A stretch of 64,000 nucleotides of DNA from Stegostoma tigrinum (GCF_030684315.1 NC_081363.1:26786116-26850115), one strand, 5' to 3'. Shown: positions 13,413-25,689, numbered from the stretch's first letter. The notes: a model not told the origin generated them from the letters alone. Translations and numbers: made by a program.

Positions 13413-14487
13413 TAATTGAGGTAATTGAGTAAATAGACAAACTATGGTAGAATGTCCCACAAACAGCACTTTAAATGAAAATGTAATCAAGTCTGATCCC
13501 AAACAGCTATTAGAGACACTGGTTCACTGAATCTGATTAAAACTCACATTCTTGAATTCTTCTTACTGCTTTTAAGAGATCTAGTTTTGGACCTCCAAGT
13601 CTCTTCAAGTTAGACTGTCTCAATGACTGATTTTATGTCTTAGTAACTTCTGAGACTGAATTCCCTGGTATTCCTGAAGTTGCTTTTAAAATATATAATT
13701 ACTGGCAAAATTTCAACTTTTATCAACCTGTTATCTTCATTTTAACCTGCTCCTGAGTTTCTGTAAGCTCCAATGTTTCTCAATTAGATCAAGCAAATAC
13801 TACTTTGGTGGGCTTCTTTCACCCTGCTTTCAGTTGCACTGAACTGTCAATGGCTCCTAGGGCTTTTCTTTACCCTTTTCCACAGCATGAGCTACCACTT
13901 TTCAGTTGTCTAGAGTCTACTGACAACAGCACTTCTGCTTTATCATCTCTTAACCACAAACTGAAGCTAACTCTCTCGCTTCAACAAATGCCCTGAGAAG
14001 TTGAAACTAGGGAACCATCTTGAACATCCATCTCCGTGATGCATAACATACTCTGATCTACCCTTAACCTGTCTTTTAGGCTAAGGGAATCATATTTTAG
14101 AATTTTTTTTCTCTTGGATGAATTAAATGAACTTTACATCCTTTGAGTTCACTAGATTTTTTTGACATTTAGTTTTTAATTCCCAAAACAAGCAATATTT
14201 CTGGACTGTCATTACCACAGGCCGGGCTCCAGGTCAGCAAGGACTCTTAGAGTTTTGATCCTACCTAATGCATAACCGCAAACATTTAAGGCTCTGATGT
14301 ACACTAATTGTATTTATTCCATTTTTACTGTTAGTCTTTTATACTAAACAATCATATACTAAAGAACATGACCCAGCATCCTCTTTTATATACCCTGATA
14401 TCTATCTATCTCTAATTGGAATGGACCAAGCATTTTTAGCTTATCCCTACCTGTGTAAATATGATAATTTAAACTTGACGTTCTGAT

Positions 14488-14722
14488 TAAAACCAAAAGA
14501 ACTGTGGATGCTGTAAATCAGCAACAAAAACAAAGTTCCTGGAAAAGCTGAGCAGGTCTGGCAGCATTTGTGAAGGAGAAAACAGTTAACGTTTCGGGTT
14601 TGGTGGCCCTTCCTCGGAACTGATGGAAGTTCTGAGGAAGGGTCACCGCACCCAAAATGTTAGCAGCTGTGAAAAAAGAGTTACCAGACCTGCTGAACTT
14701 TTCCAACAACTATATTTTTGTT
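14488..14722. mobile_element. Palindromic PLE-terminus mini-element (family B) with hammerhead motifs at 14586-14620 (-) and 14628-14663 (+)
   Basis: Minus: gttCCGAGGAagggccaccaaacccGAAACGTTaac. Plus: gttCTGAGGAagggtcaccgcacccAAAATGTTagc. Arms are inverted. Confidence 0.8.
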
Positions 14723-14908
14723 CTTGAAGTTATTGTTCCTGTGTAACTGGTTCCTTGTACACTGAGGACCAAAACTGGACATTAGAATTCTAAATGTGGC
14801 CTAACCAAGACCTTGTACAGAGACAAAACAATATGGTTTATTGTAAGATAATAAAATATGAGGCTGGATGAACACAGCAGGCCCAGCAGCATCTCGGGAG
14901 CACAAAAG

Positions 14909-14940
14909 CTGACGTTTCGGGCCTAGACCCTTCATCAGAG
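14909..14940 (-). ncRNA. Minimal type I hammerhead ribozyme, intact core
   Basis: Reverse complement ctCTGATGAagggtctaggcccGAAACGTCag. Confidence 0.85.
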
Positions 14941-15885
14941 AGGGGAATGGGGTGAGGGTTCCAGAATAAATAGGGAGAGAGGGGGAGGCGGACCGAAGAT
15001 GGAGAGAAAAGAAGATAGGTAGGGAGGGGATGTCAGTCCAGGGAAGACGGACAGGTCAAGAAGGTGGGATGAGGTTAGTAGGTAGGAGATGGAGGTGTGG
15101 CTTGGGGTGGGAGGAAGGGATGGGTGAGAGGAAGAACAGGTTAGGGAGGCAGAGACAGGTGGGACTGGTTTTTTGATGCAGTGGGTGGAGGGGAAGAGCT
15201 GGGCTGGTTGTGTGGTGCAGTGGGGGGAGGGGACGAACTGGGCTAGTTTTGGGATGCTGTGGGGAAGGGGAGATTTTGAAGCTGGTGAAGTCCACGTTGA
15301 TACCATATGGCTGCAGGGTTCCCAGGCGGAATATGAGTTGCTGTTCCTGCAACCTTCGGGTGGCATCATTGTGGCACTGCAGGAGGCCCATGATGGACAT
15401 GTCATCTAAAGAATGGGAGGGGGAGTGGACATGGTTTGCAACTGGGAGGTGCAGTTGTTTATTGCGAATGAGCGGAGGTGTTCTGCAAAGCGGTCCGCAA
15501 GCCTCCGCTTGGTTTCTCCAATGTAGAGGAAGCCACACTGCATCCCAAAACCAGCCCAGTTCATTCCCCCCCCCCCCCCGCACCACACAACCAGCCCAGC
15601 TCTTCCCCTCCGCCCACTGCATCCCAAAACCAGTCCAACCTGTCTCTGCCTCCCTAACCTGTTCTTCCTCTCACCCATCCCTTCCTCCCACCCCAAGCCG
15701 CACCTCCATCTCCTACCTACTAACCTCATCCCACCTTCTTGACCTGTCCGTCCTCCCTGGACTGACCTATCCCCTCCCTACCTCCCCACCTATACTCTCC
15801 TCTCCACCTATCTTCTTTTCTCTCCATCTTCGGTCCGCCTCCCCCTCTCTCCCTATTTATTCTGGAACCCTCACCCCATCCCCCT

Positions 15886-15917
15886 CTCTGATGAAGGGTC
15901 TAGGCCCGAAACGTCAG
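15886..15917 (+). ncRNA. Minimal type I hammerhead ribozyme, intact core; predicted cleavage after 15915 (GUC)
   Basis: ctCTGATGA-agggtctaggccc-GAAACGTC-ag: CUGANGA box, stem II, GAAA, palindromic ACGU, NUH triplet. Confidence 0.85.
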
Positions 15918-16539
15918 CTTTTGTGCTCCTGAGATGCTGCTTGGCCTGCTGTGTTCGTCCAGCCTCACATTTTATTATCTTGGATTCTCCAGCATCTGCA
16001 GTTCCCATTATCAGTAATACATGGTTTATTGTAAGTTGAAAAAGCTCATCTGTGCAAAGCAAAAGTCCAATTTGTTTAGGATTTTGTTTCTCTTGAGCTT
16101 TTTATTCTCTTGACAGCTTGCATTTCAGTTTGATGTAAAATATACTTATTGATTTTTTGCCTATGTACATAATGTTGTTTATCTTGGTCATGTGCCATTT
16201 ACCAGAACACAAACCATTCTCCCAATGCATTTTAATTTGCTAATAAACTTGTTTGTCACCCTGCACCTTTTTATTTCTAATGGATTCACAACAAATTGTT
16301 TCGGCTATGCAGTGAAATGATCTACTTTGTATAATGTTATGAGACCTCACATGAAAATTGTGTGGTGAAGGCAGGTTGTAAGTGGCCATGCTATCCATGT
16401 ATTGACAGGGAACTTTGTCTTTAAGTTATTGCTCTGACACCTGTAGTTTGTTTTCCTTTCTTCAGTGTACTGCCATTATTTTGGATTCCAGCTGAGATTG
16501 ATGTGTATAACATATACTGTTCTGCCTGGATTCGAACTT

Positions 16540-16900
16540 GCATGTTCACTCATGTCCCCTAAACCTCGCTGAGCTCCCCTGACTCTAATGCTGCAGCAGC
16601 ATCTTGATTTTTAACAATCTCATCCTTCATTCCTTCCTCTTGCTCCTATCTTTGCGGCCTCTTTTTAGCTTTATGCTCTTGCAGAATTCTGCATTTGTAC
16701 AGCTCTGATTGCTTTATGCAGATTTGATTTCCTTTATTTTGTTTTTGTGGCTGTGCCTTTGATCATGAGGGCCCTGAGCCCTTGTCAACCTCCTTATCTC
16801 CCATGTTTGCTGCATTTGTTTTAAGAAGTGCTTCCTTTAAACCTAAGCATTTTGTTCACCTGTCCTTAGACATAGGAAATACATGTGTGAAATTTGGACT
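16540..16900 (+). mobile_element. Old L2-like LINE 3' remnant
   Basis: Weak resemblance to L2 ORF2 C-terminus/3'UTR; similar to 7110-7330. Confidence 0.35.
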
Positions 16901-18904
16901 GAACTAAAGTAAAACTGAAGTCACTGGAGTCTTACCAGAGCATAGAACTGTGGAGAGGGAGAGGGAGAGACCAAGCCTGAGGCAAGGGGAAAGGGTTGAG
17001 CAGGAGAAGCCTTTTGTGGTAACTTTGGCTGGTGCAGGAATTGAACCCATGATGCATTGCTGACCGGCCATTCAATCAACTCTACTGACGTGTACCAAAA
17101 ATTCACAGCTTGTAACGACAGGGAATAGCCTTTTTTTTTCCTTTGAAATGTGTTGCAAAGTTTTTACTCTTAAAGATGCTGTATGAATTCAAGTCAGTGA
17201 TTTGAATGATTTCAGTTGTTATCTTTTTCATTAATTCTACAGAGTGTGAGGACAGAGCAGGCTGGGAGCTGCTCACTGACTGACAGTATGCCTGTGGGAT
17301 GTAAAGACAGGATGTGGTTTCCATACTGCTTTTTGAAATCGAGCAATATAAGCCTTCTCAACTTGGGAATTGGGGATGGAGTACTGAATGGAATTGAGGA
17401 TAAATTTAAAAATCACTTAATTCATTGAAAATTAACCTAATCTCTTTAGAATGATCTCAAAGTGACGTCATGACAACAGAACAGGCGTATCCTCCAAGTG
17501 GTCTGTAAATTAAAGTTTTCTTGTATAGGCTGCTATTGACTTGTTGAGTGTTTTGATTTTTTTTAAAATGACCAGCGGATCAGCTTTGTTTTAAAACCAG
17601 ATCAAAGTTTAGCTTGGAATAAGTTAGAACAAAAGTTGTGCTGCATTTGTGTAGCTCTGATCGCTTATGCAGTTTTGATATGGTTGCAGACCTGCTTTGC
17701 TTCAAGATTTCCCTTTATGCAGTAAAAGCATTGCAACTTGAATTCTGATTCAGGACTTGCAATGGCTTTGTCATGGAATAGTCAGCGGTTGCTTCTACAA
17801 GTGGACAAAGCAGAATGAGTTTTGGCGGTGAGTGATACTCATTTTGTTTCACTTTTTAACAGCACTTAAGGCTGTGGCTCCTGTTTCTGGCTTAGTCCCA
17901 CAGTCCTTATGAGCCAATTTGCCCTGAATGTCTATCTGTCTTTGTCTACCTGTTGTGAAGCAGCATGTGTTTCAGCATGTTTTTCATGATATTCAGATGG
18001 TTCTTCTTTAAATGGCAATTCTTAGCCAATTTCTATCACAATTGGCTACAAAGTCAATTTTGCTGGAATTCCCTGATGTCCCTTCTGTCAACAGTCTGGT
18101 CTTGTATGGTTGGACTCAAGGAAACTTTGAGACTTCACACCTTTTGAGCGTTCAGTGGATATTCCAGGAAGCCTTGTATTATTTAAAAATCCTTTTCTGA
18201 TTTTGTTTCATAGTTGGGCTGCAGTTGAATCCACAATGTCATGTAATTTGGGGGCCATTTTGTAAAACATGTCCATTTTTAAAGAATGTTGGTTTTGATT
18301 TCATTATGTATGACAGGAAAGAACAGTTTGAAAACATGTTGTGGATTCCTCTTGTAAGTGAAAATCAGTAGATTCTGAATAATAAATAGATGCTTCTTTT
18401 TGAGGAGGTTTTAACTCTTGCAAGCTCTGGGAAAAGAGAATTGTTTCTATGGATCGCCTGGCATCCGTGTCCTCAGCTAAAGGAATGCAGGAGGACCAGA
18501 TGAATCAGACTTCTTAAATTTGAGAACCACTTAGGTTTTTGCATTCACCTTTCCATTTGATTAATAAATGGGCTTTTTTTTTGATGTTTCATATTGTACA
18601 AATGAGATTTACTTTTTAATATTAAAAGGTATTTGTACTTTTTAAAGAGCTTCAGAAATTTGCTCTTAGAATTCAAGGATTGTGTGTAGGATGAATGTCC
18701 TGGAGAAGCTCTTTAGGATCACATTAAAAATTGCTGCAGCGAACCACAGAATTAGAATTGGTAGGGGACCAAAAGCGTTCATTAGACTTACCGTGTCTGC
18801 TACAGCTCTCCAAATGAACATCTTGCTTGGTGCCTTCTGAGGTTTTCTCTCTAACATTTATTTTATAGACACAATCTTATCTAATTTTAAACTCTATCTG
18901 CCTC

Positions 18905-20000
18905 ATCTCAGCTCACTGGCTCAGTTGACCAAAGTCTCCTTGTACTCTAAGATAGCCTTCTTTGCTATCTACGATCCAACCAATTTTGCTGTTATCTGCA
19001 AACTAACCATGTCCCCCAACATGTTCATCCAAATTGCTTATATAAATGACAGACAACAGTGGACCCAGCACCGATCCTTGTCACACCACTGGTCACAGGC
19101 TTTCAATCTGAACAGCAACCCTCCTCCATCACCCTCTGTCTCTTAACGTCAAGCCAATTTTGTATCTAATTGTTTAGCGCTCCATGTGATCTAACCCTAC
19201 TCACCAGCCTACCTTGTGGAACCTTGTCAAAAGGCCCGCTAAAATTGGTGCAGACAATGTCTGTCTACTGTTCTGCCTTCGTCTATCATCTTGGCTAATT
19301 TCAAAAATCTCAAATTTGAGAGATATGCTTTTACATGCACAAAGACATGCTGACTATCCCTAATCGGTCCTTACCTTTTCAAATGCATGTAGATCCTGTC
19401 TCTGAGAATTGCCTCCAACAACTTGCCCACCACTGACTTTAGGCTCACCAGTCTGTAGTTCCTTCGCATTTCCCTGCAGCCTGCATTAGATAATGTCACA
19501 ACGTAGCCGCCCTATTGTATTCCAGCACGTCACCCGTAGCTGTCAAGATACAAACGTATCTGCTGGAGGCCCACAATTTCTTCCCTAGCTTCTGGGGTCT
19601 CTCCATATTGAATGAAACTCCTCATTCTCCACCCCCCCACACCCCCACCCCTTCCGAGATACTGACATTTAATGGATAAGCATAACACAGGACTAACTAT
19701 AAATGACTCAACATTTTCTCCCCATGCGCTCTGTTCGGATCTTTTTAATGATTTTTGAGGACTTGATTCAAATCTCGTTACGGTTTCTCTTCTCCAAGAA
19801 TGTTAGCCCCAGCTTGTGAAATCAATCTATTTTCTTAATGAAATTCTGCATCCCTGGAGCCATTCTCTGAAACCTCTTCTACACTCCTCGGGTTTGCCAA
19901 CACATATTTGTAAAATGCAGCGCCCAGCATTAGATGCAGGCTCCTACTTGATCTTGTACTCTATCCTGTATTAATGAAGCCTTGAATACTGGTATGCTTT
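18905..20000 (-). mobile_element. CR1 LINE RT-region fragments
   Basis: Antisense of VLGPLLS..YISNLD..FADN-like RT motifs (~18985-19090) plus a DFSxAFDKVP-like region (~19210-19245). Confidence 0.75.
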
Positions 20001-20007
20001 ATTAATG

Positions 20008-20226
20008 TAGAGCGTGGTGGGGTGCCTGGAACACGTTGCCAGCGGAGGTGGCGAAGGCGGGCACGACAGCATCATTTAAGATGTATCTAGATCGACACAT
20101 GAACGGACAGGGAGCAGAGGGATACAGATCCTTGGAAAATGGATGACAGGTTTAGATAGAGGATCTGGATCGACGCAGCCTTGGAGAGCCAAAGGGCCTG
20201 TTCCTGTGCTGTAATGTTCTTTGTTC
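20008..20226 (+). mobile_element. CR1 LINE 3' end
   Basis: RVVGAWNTLP-like end, then gggcctgttcctgtgctgtaatgttctttgttct tail. Confidence 0.85.
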
Positions 20227-20749
20227 TTTAACTTATCTGTAGCCTCTCCTGCCATCTCTTTAATAAATTTTATGCACTTGTGCTTCATGGTTCCTGTGCT
20301 CCTGCACCCCTCTTATAGCTGTACATTTGTTTTATGCTGTTTTAGTCTTTTATTCTTCCAACCAGGAAATCATCAGCTGTTACTTCCTGCATTGAACCTT
20401 TTATCTGTCATCAGCCACCCACTGATCCCACCAATTAGTCAGTGTCGTTTCTCAAAATTCTGCACTGTTGTCCTCATGGTTTACAATACTCCCAAGTTTC
20501 ATCGCACATCATCTTTTTAAATTGTTCTCAGCCATTGAGAATGGCAGCTATCATTAGTAATCACTATATCAAATGTTGACAGAATTGTAAAATGTTATTA
20601 TTCCTTTCTTTCTCCTCCCTAAAGGCAGATGAAATATATCTAATGACTAAGGACAAAAATAAAATTGGGGAAGTTAAGAATAATAAAATGGAACTTTCCC
20701 CTCAAAAGGATTAAGGGAAATGTGGCATTATTACTGGACACTGAATATA

Positions 20750-21310
20750 AGAGACACAGTATGGAACAGGAGTAGTCCACTTACCATTAAAGAGATCGTG
20801 TGTGATTTGTGATCAAACTCCACATACCTGCCTTTGCCCCATATCCTTTAATACTTTTTGATTTAGCAAATAGGACTTTTTGTTTAAACATAATCATTCA
20901 TCAATTTGCTTTTTTCATGGGTGTGAGTTACAAATGGCCATTTTTTTTGTGAAGAGTAATGTTTTTCATTTCTTGTTCACTTCTAATTTTCAGACATTTT
21001 TATTTCTCCCCTAGATCAAGACTCCTCGATTTTCAAAAGTAGTTTTTCTCCTATTTATCGATTTTTGATACCTGTAATCACAAACTTTAATCAAATCTCC
21101 ACTTACCCTTCTAAATTCCAGGGACTGCAACCAGAATTTGTAGTTGTGTAGATCTTCCTCCTATAGTTTAAACCTTGAATTCAATTCATTCTAGAAATCT
21201 TTCCTCCTAGCCTATTCTGTTCTGTCCTGCCCAGCAATGATGAAGGCATTGGATGTGACTTGAATAATAGTCTGTAACACTGACACATTACCTCATCTTC
21301 CTGGTAATCT
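20750..21310 (-). mobile_element. Old CR1 3' fragment
   Basis: Decayed antisense CR1 3'UTR/ORF2 end. Confidence 0.55.
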
Positions 21311-21499
21311 ATTCCTGTAGTATCAAGACCAGCATTTTGTCACCTTTTTTTGTTTAAAAAAAATGTTTTTGCATTCGTTTGTGGCACTTTGATTCTTTTT
21401 TCCATGTACCTGGACTTTACACCTTTCTCTTAAACTTTCTTTTGATTATGTTTTTCTTGGCCTTTTTCTTTTCCCCACTAGTATGGTTAGATTACACTT

Positions 21500-22372
21500 G
21501 CCTTTATTGCTCAGTCCTGTGAGTATAGGAGTTTAGAAGTCATCTTCAGATTGTGTGCAAAGCATCAGTGAGGCTCTTCTGGAATGCTGTCTCCACTTCT
21601 GGTCACCCAGTCACAGGAAGGATATTATAAAGTTGGAGTGGGTTCAGAAGATATTTACTAAGTTGTTGCTAGGTATGGGAATTTTTTGAACTATGAAGAA
21701 AGGCTGGATAGGCTGGGACCTTGTTTCACTGGTGTGCAGGAGGCTGAGATGTTTTTATAAACTTCTATAATGTGGAGTACAGATAGATTTAATGGTACAA
21801 TTTTAGCCTCACTGCGAAGCCTCTTCCAGGGATGCCTAACCTGAAGAGGTTACCCTCCTCCCTCCGGACCAACCTCGGGGAATCTCTCTCCCACTGCAAC
21901 TCTCTTGTCCGCCTCCCCCTCTATCCCTATTTATTCCAGAACCCGCTCCCATCTCCCTCTCTGAAGAGTCTAGGCCCGAAACGTCAGCTTTTGGGCTCCT
22001 GAGATGCTGCTGGGCCTGCTGTGTTCATCCAGCTCCACACTTTGTTATCTTGGATTTAATGGTAGTTGTCTTTTCCTAGGATGGGGTATTTCAAGACTAG
22101 GGGGCACCTTTTTTTAAGGTGAGAGGATAGAGATTTTAAAAAAGACACAAGGCGAATGTTTTACACTGAGGGTGGTTCACGTGTGACATGCACTTCCTGA
22201 GGAAGTGGATGTGGCCACAATTACAATGCTTAAAAGACCTGTAAATAAGCACACGAGTATATGGAAAGGCTTGGACCAGGAGCAGGCAGGTGGGGCTAGC
22301 TTACATTAGGATTATGTCCAGCACGGACTGGTCAGATTGAAGCACCTGGCTCTGTGCTGTATGACTGTATGA
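21500..22372 (+). mobile_element. CR1 3' fragment split by a PLE insertion
   Basis: ORF2 C-terminal motifs on both sides of 21798-22052; 3' tail ctgtgctgtatgactgtatg. Confidence 0.8.
21798..22052 (+). mobile_element. 255-bp PLE family A insertion with a hammerhead (21959-21987, 3-nt deletion) and a 12-bp TSD
   Basis: TSD gatttaatggta at 21786-21797 and 22053-22064; ctCTGAAGAgtctaggcccGAAACGTCag. Confidence 0.85.
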
Positions 22373-22479
22373 TTTGAGCAACAGTATGAAATGGTTCCTG
22401 AATAAGAAAGAATTGAAGAGTATGGCAAAAAAGGAAGATGCCATTAATCTAAGGCGGGGGGGAAATATTAGATAGTAGG

Positions 22480-22577
22480 AATTTCTGAAGAAGGGCCTAG
22501 GCTCACAACGTCAGCTTTCCTGCTCCTCTGATGCTGCGTGGCCTGATGTGTTCATCCAGCTCTACACCTTGTTACCC
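22480..22577 (+). mobile_element. Short PLE terminus (family C) beginning at a degenerate hammerhead
   Basis: CTGAAGAagggcctaggctcACAACGTCag. Flanking repeat gaaatattag at 22462-22471 and 22592-22601. Confidence 0.7.
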
Positions 22578-22659
22578 TGGGGGGGTGGTGAGAAATATTA
22601 GTTTGGCCAAAAAAAAACAACTTTCCTGAAACTATGGGTGAAGCACATGGTAGCACCAC

Positions 22660-23000
22660 GACTGAGTGGCTCAGTAGTTAGCACTACTGCAGGGACCTGG
22701 ATTTGATTCCAGCCTGGGGTGACTGTCTGTGTGCAGTCTGCACATTATCCCTGTGTCTGCGTACATTTCTGCCAGGTGTTCTTGGTTTTCTGCTGCGGTC
22801 CAAGGATATGTAAGTTGGATGGGTTAGCAATGCTAAATTGTCCATAGTATTTGGGGATGTGTAGGTTAGGTGCTTAAGCTCTGTGAAATGCAGGGCGAGG
22901 TTGGAGAAATGGATCTGGTTGGGATACTGTTCAGAAGGTCTGTTTGGACTTATTGGGCTGAATGGCCTGTTCCCACACTGGGGATTCTGAGATTCTATGA
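22660..23000 (+). mobile_element. HE1-like tRNA-derived V-SINE
   Basis: A box tggctcagtagt, B box gatttgattcc, V-domain-like core, CR1-like tail gggctgaatggcctgtt..ttctatga. Confidence 0.85.
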
Positions 23001-23414
23001 TGAGAATAGCTTGATGTCTGTAACACAACATTTTTGTTATTGTGCTGTTGCTCTCAAAAAAAGCAGAAGTAACTCATTTGGCTCTTTGAACCTGCTGGCC
23101 TATTCAATTACACTGATCAGTTTGTGTCTTCAATTCCATGTTCCCATCTAGACCAATAATCTTTTTGATCCCTGCCTAATGAGGGTCTATTTGCCACCAT
23201 CTTTAAAGATAATCAATGGCCCTCATTTCTGCTGATTGCTGAGGTAATGGAATCAATTGAAGTGAAGTGGATTTTGTTTCTATTTGTTAGGATTATTTTC
23301 TGGCCTTGGTGTTGGCTTCTGACACAATTGGATTACCCTTGATGCTGCAGAACCCTGAGTGGGAAGGTCAGATTTTGTTGGGGAGTTTCACCCTTTTAAT
23401 GGCTTGTTCCAAAT

Positions 23415-24330
23415 GTTAGAGATTTATAGCACAGAAACGGACCCTCCCAGTCTAACTTGTCCATGCCAGCCAGATATCCTATGTAAATCTAGTCACATTT
23501 GGCCCATATCCCATCAGCCCTTTTCATGTACACTTCCAGATGCCTTTCTAAATGTTGTAGCTGTAGCAATCTACACCACCTCCTCTGGCAGCTCACTCCA
23601 TGCACACATCACCGTCTGCATGAAGAAGTTGTCCCTTTTTTTTTGGGGTCCTTTTTTTTCTCTCAAATCTTTACCCTCCCCTTTTTCAAACCTATGCGCT
23701 CTAGTTTTTGGATTCTTCCCACCAGGCCTCCTCCTTTCTCCTCCACCCCCGCCCCAATCCCAACCTGGGGAAAATACCTTGCCTATTTACCCTATCCATG
23801 CCCCTTTTATGATTTTATTAAGGTCACCCCCTGGCCTCTGACACTGCAGGGAAAATAGCCCCAGCCTATACAGCCTTTTCCTGTAGCTCATCCCTCCAAC
23901 TCTGGCAATATCCTTGTAAATCTGTCCTGAACCTTTTCTAGTTTCACAATATCCTTCCTATAGGAGTGAGACCAAAACTGCTCACAGTATTCTAAAAGTG
24001 ACCTAACTGATGTCCTGTACAGCTACAACATGACTTCCCAATCCTATGCTCCATGCAATGACCAATAAAGGCAAGCATTTCAAACACCTTCACTATCCTA
24101 TCTACCCGCAACTCCACTTTCAAGGAAATGAACCTGCACTCCAAGGTCTTCTTATTCAGGAACACTCCTCAGGACCTGCCCTGATTTGCCTTCTCCAAAT
24201 GCAGCACCTCACATTTATCCAAGTTAAACTCCATCTGTCATTCCGTGACCCATCTGATCAAGATCCCCTTGAACACTGAGGTAACCTTCCTTGCTGTCCA
24301 CTACGCCTCCAATTTTGGTGTTATTCATCA
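23415..24330 (-). mobile_element. CR1 LINE 3' ~0.9 kb fragment
   Basis: Antisense of the CR1 ORF2 C-terminus and 3'UTR, collinear with 44300-45200. Confidence 0.85.
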
Positions 24331-24426
24331 ACCAAGTTTTTTTTTAAAAGGAGGGCTAAAATTACGAATGTCTTAATGGATTTGCTTGAATTGGCTGTCA
24401 CATGTTTATAGAGGTAGAATTTTGGT

Positions 24427-24565
24427 AACAAAAAAAAGTTGCTGGAAAAGTTCAGCAGGTCTGGCAGCATCAAGGTGAAAACAGTTCGTGTTTAGGGGCT
24501 GGCCCTTCCTCAACTTTATTTTTCCTGATTTTACAGCATCTGCAGTTCTTTCAGTTTTTATTTAT
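24427..24565. mobile_element. Collapsed palindromic PLE terminus (family B), 13-bp TSD
   Basis: TSD gtagaattttggt at 24414-24426 and 24566-24578. Confidence 0.75.
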
Positions 24566-25005
24566 GTAGAATTTTGGTGTCAGGTTCATATTTAGAAATA
24601 TGCAAAATATCTTATTGTCAAAATGTTCTGTGAGGACAATTGACTCTGCTGCCAGCTTAAAGCCATAGTGGTCAGCGCAAGACAGTTTTAAATACTTTTG
24701 ATTTTTTGTTTTGCACGCTTGTTTGCTCACTTATGACCAAAATGGGCTGAATCTTTGGCACGACCGACAAAATGAAAACAAACAATTTGTGGTTTTAACT
24801 GTGCAGTTTAAAATGATTGCAAATACTCACTTAATTCTTGCTGTTGTGCTTTGAGGAAAAAAATGTTTTAGAATTTTTTTTGCTGGAAAGTAGAGGCTGA
24901 TCTACATTTGATGTGGGTCGGTAATGTTTTTCTTAAACTTTATTGCCTTGAAACTGTGTATATTTCTGTTTTTCACTAATTTATCCTGTCCTTTTCTCTT
25001 TCTAG

Positions 25006-25030
25006 GAAAAGAGGCATAGATGTTGTACAG
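25006..25030 (+). CDS. Putative 25-nt micro-exon of an unidentified host gene (KRGIDVVQ or EKRHRCCT depending on frame)
   Basis: Branch-point-like cactaat (24974-24980), long pyrimidine tract, tctag acceptor, CAG|gtgagt donor, in non-repetitive flanks. Coding status uncertain. Confidence 0.65.
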
Positions 25031-25689
25031 GTGAGTCACACTACTTTTTTTCTTGCTGCTTGTTTGACTTATTGGTATGGTCAGATAAGATAATAGGTTT
25101 ATTCGATGAATGATGCATCAAGGGAAAGCTGCACAGTTAGTGTGTCATGGCCATTTCATGATTGTGTGTCTGTGTCATGGGCCCCAGTACCTTTTTTTTT
25201 TGGATGTGTAATTTTTGGTTTCTAACTTTTAAATTCAGTTTTAATAGTGACAATGAAGTGAGGATTGTCAAGTGGTGACTCGTTACAGAAATGACAAAAT
25301 GCTCTGTACTACTTGAAGGGAAGTGGAGGAGAAGCAAGAAGTATTCTGCATATTTTCATTGACTGACAAGTTCATTTATTTTGTGCATATTGTTTGTTAA
25401 TGGAAGAAGATTCCACTGAATCCAAGGGAGATCATGCCACTAACGTAGACTTGATTGATAGTGTTGAAGAGGAAGTATTTCAAATAAGTTTTTTTTTAAA
25501 TGTCCTTTCTGCCTGGAATGTTTGTTCAACCATCACTATGAAAACTGAAGTCCCGTTCTTAAAGCATACATGTACATGTAGTGTGAAATCAATATCATCC
25601 CTACTTTCAGTAAGGGCCTACCATATGTCTAGATTACAACAACGATTGTACTTCAGAGCTACTTAATTACCTGTAAAATATTTTGGGAC

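Larger units (their letters stand above)
14846..16012. mobile_element. PLE family A insertion with >400 bp inverted arms around a GIY-YIG C-terminal spacer; 15-bp TSD
   Basis: Arms ~14846-15260 and ~15536-15980. Spacer encodes YIGETKRRLADRFAEH..LGTLQPYGINVDF on the - strand. TSD atggtttattgtaag at 14833-14847 and 16021-16035. Confidence 0.93.

Noticed and set aside
15161-15264. CRISPR-like repeat array
   Set aside because: Vertebrate DNA; the units are tandem without unique spacers and lie inside a PLE terminus.
17723-17827. 105-nt exon-like interval (tgcag acceptor, GCG|gtgagt donor)
   Set aside because: Stops in all three frames and a short pyrimidine tract. A UTR or poison exon cannot be excluded but is unsupported.
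22660-22735. tRNA genes (also 30722, 40364, 46685)
   Set aside because: A/B boxes without a cloverleaf, continuing into SINE bodies.
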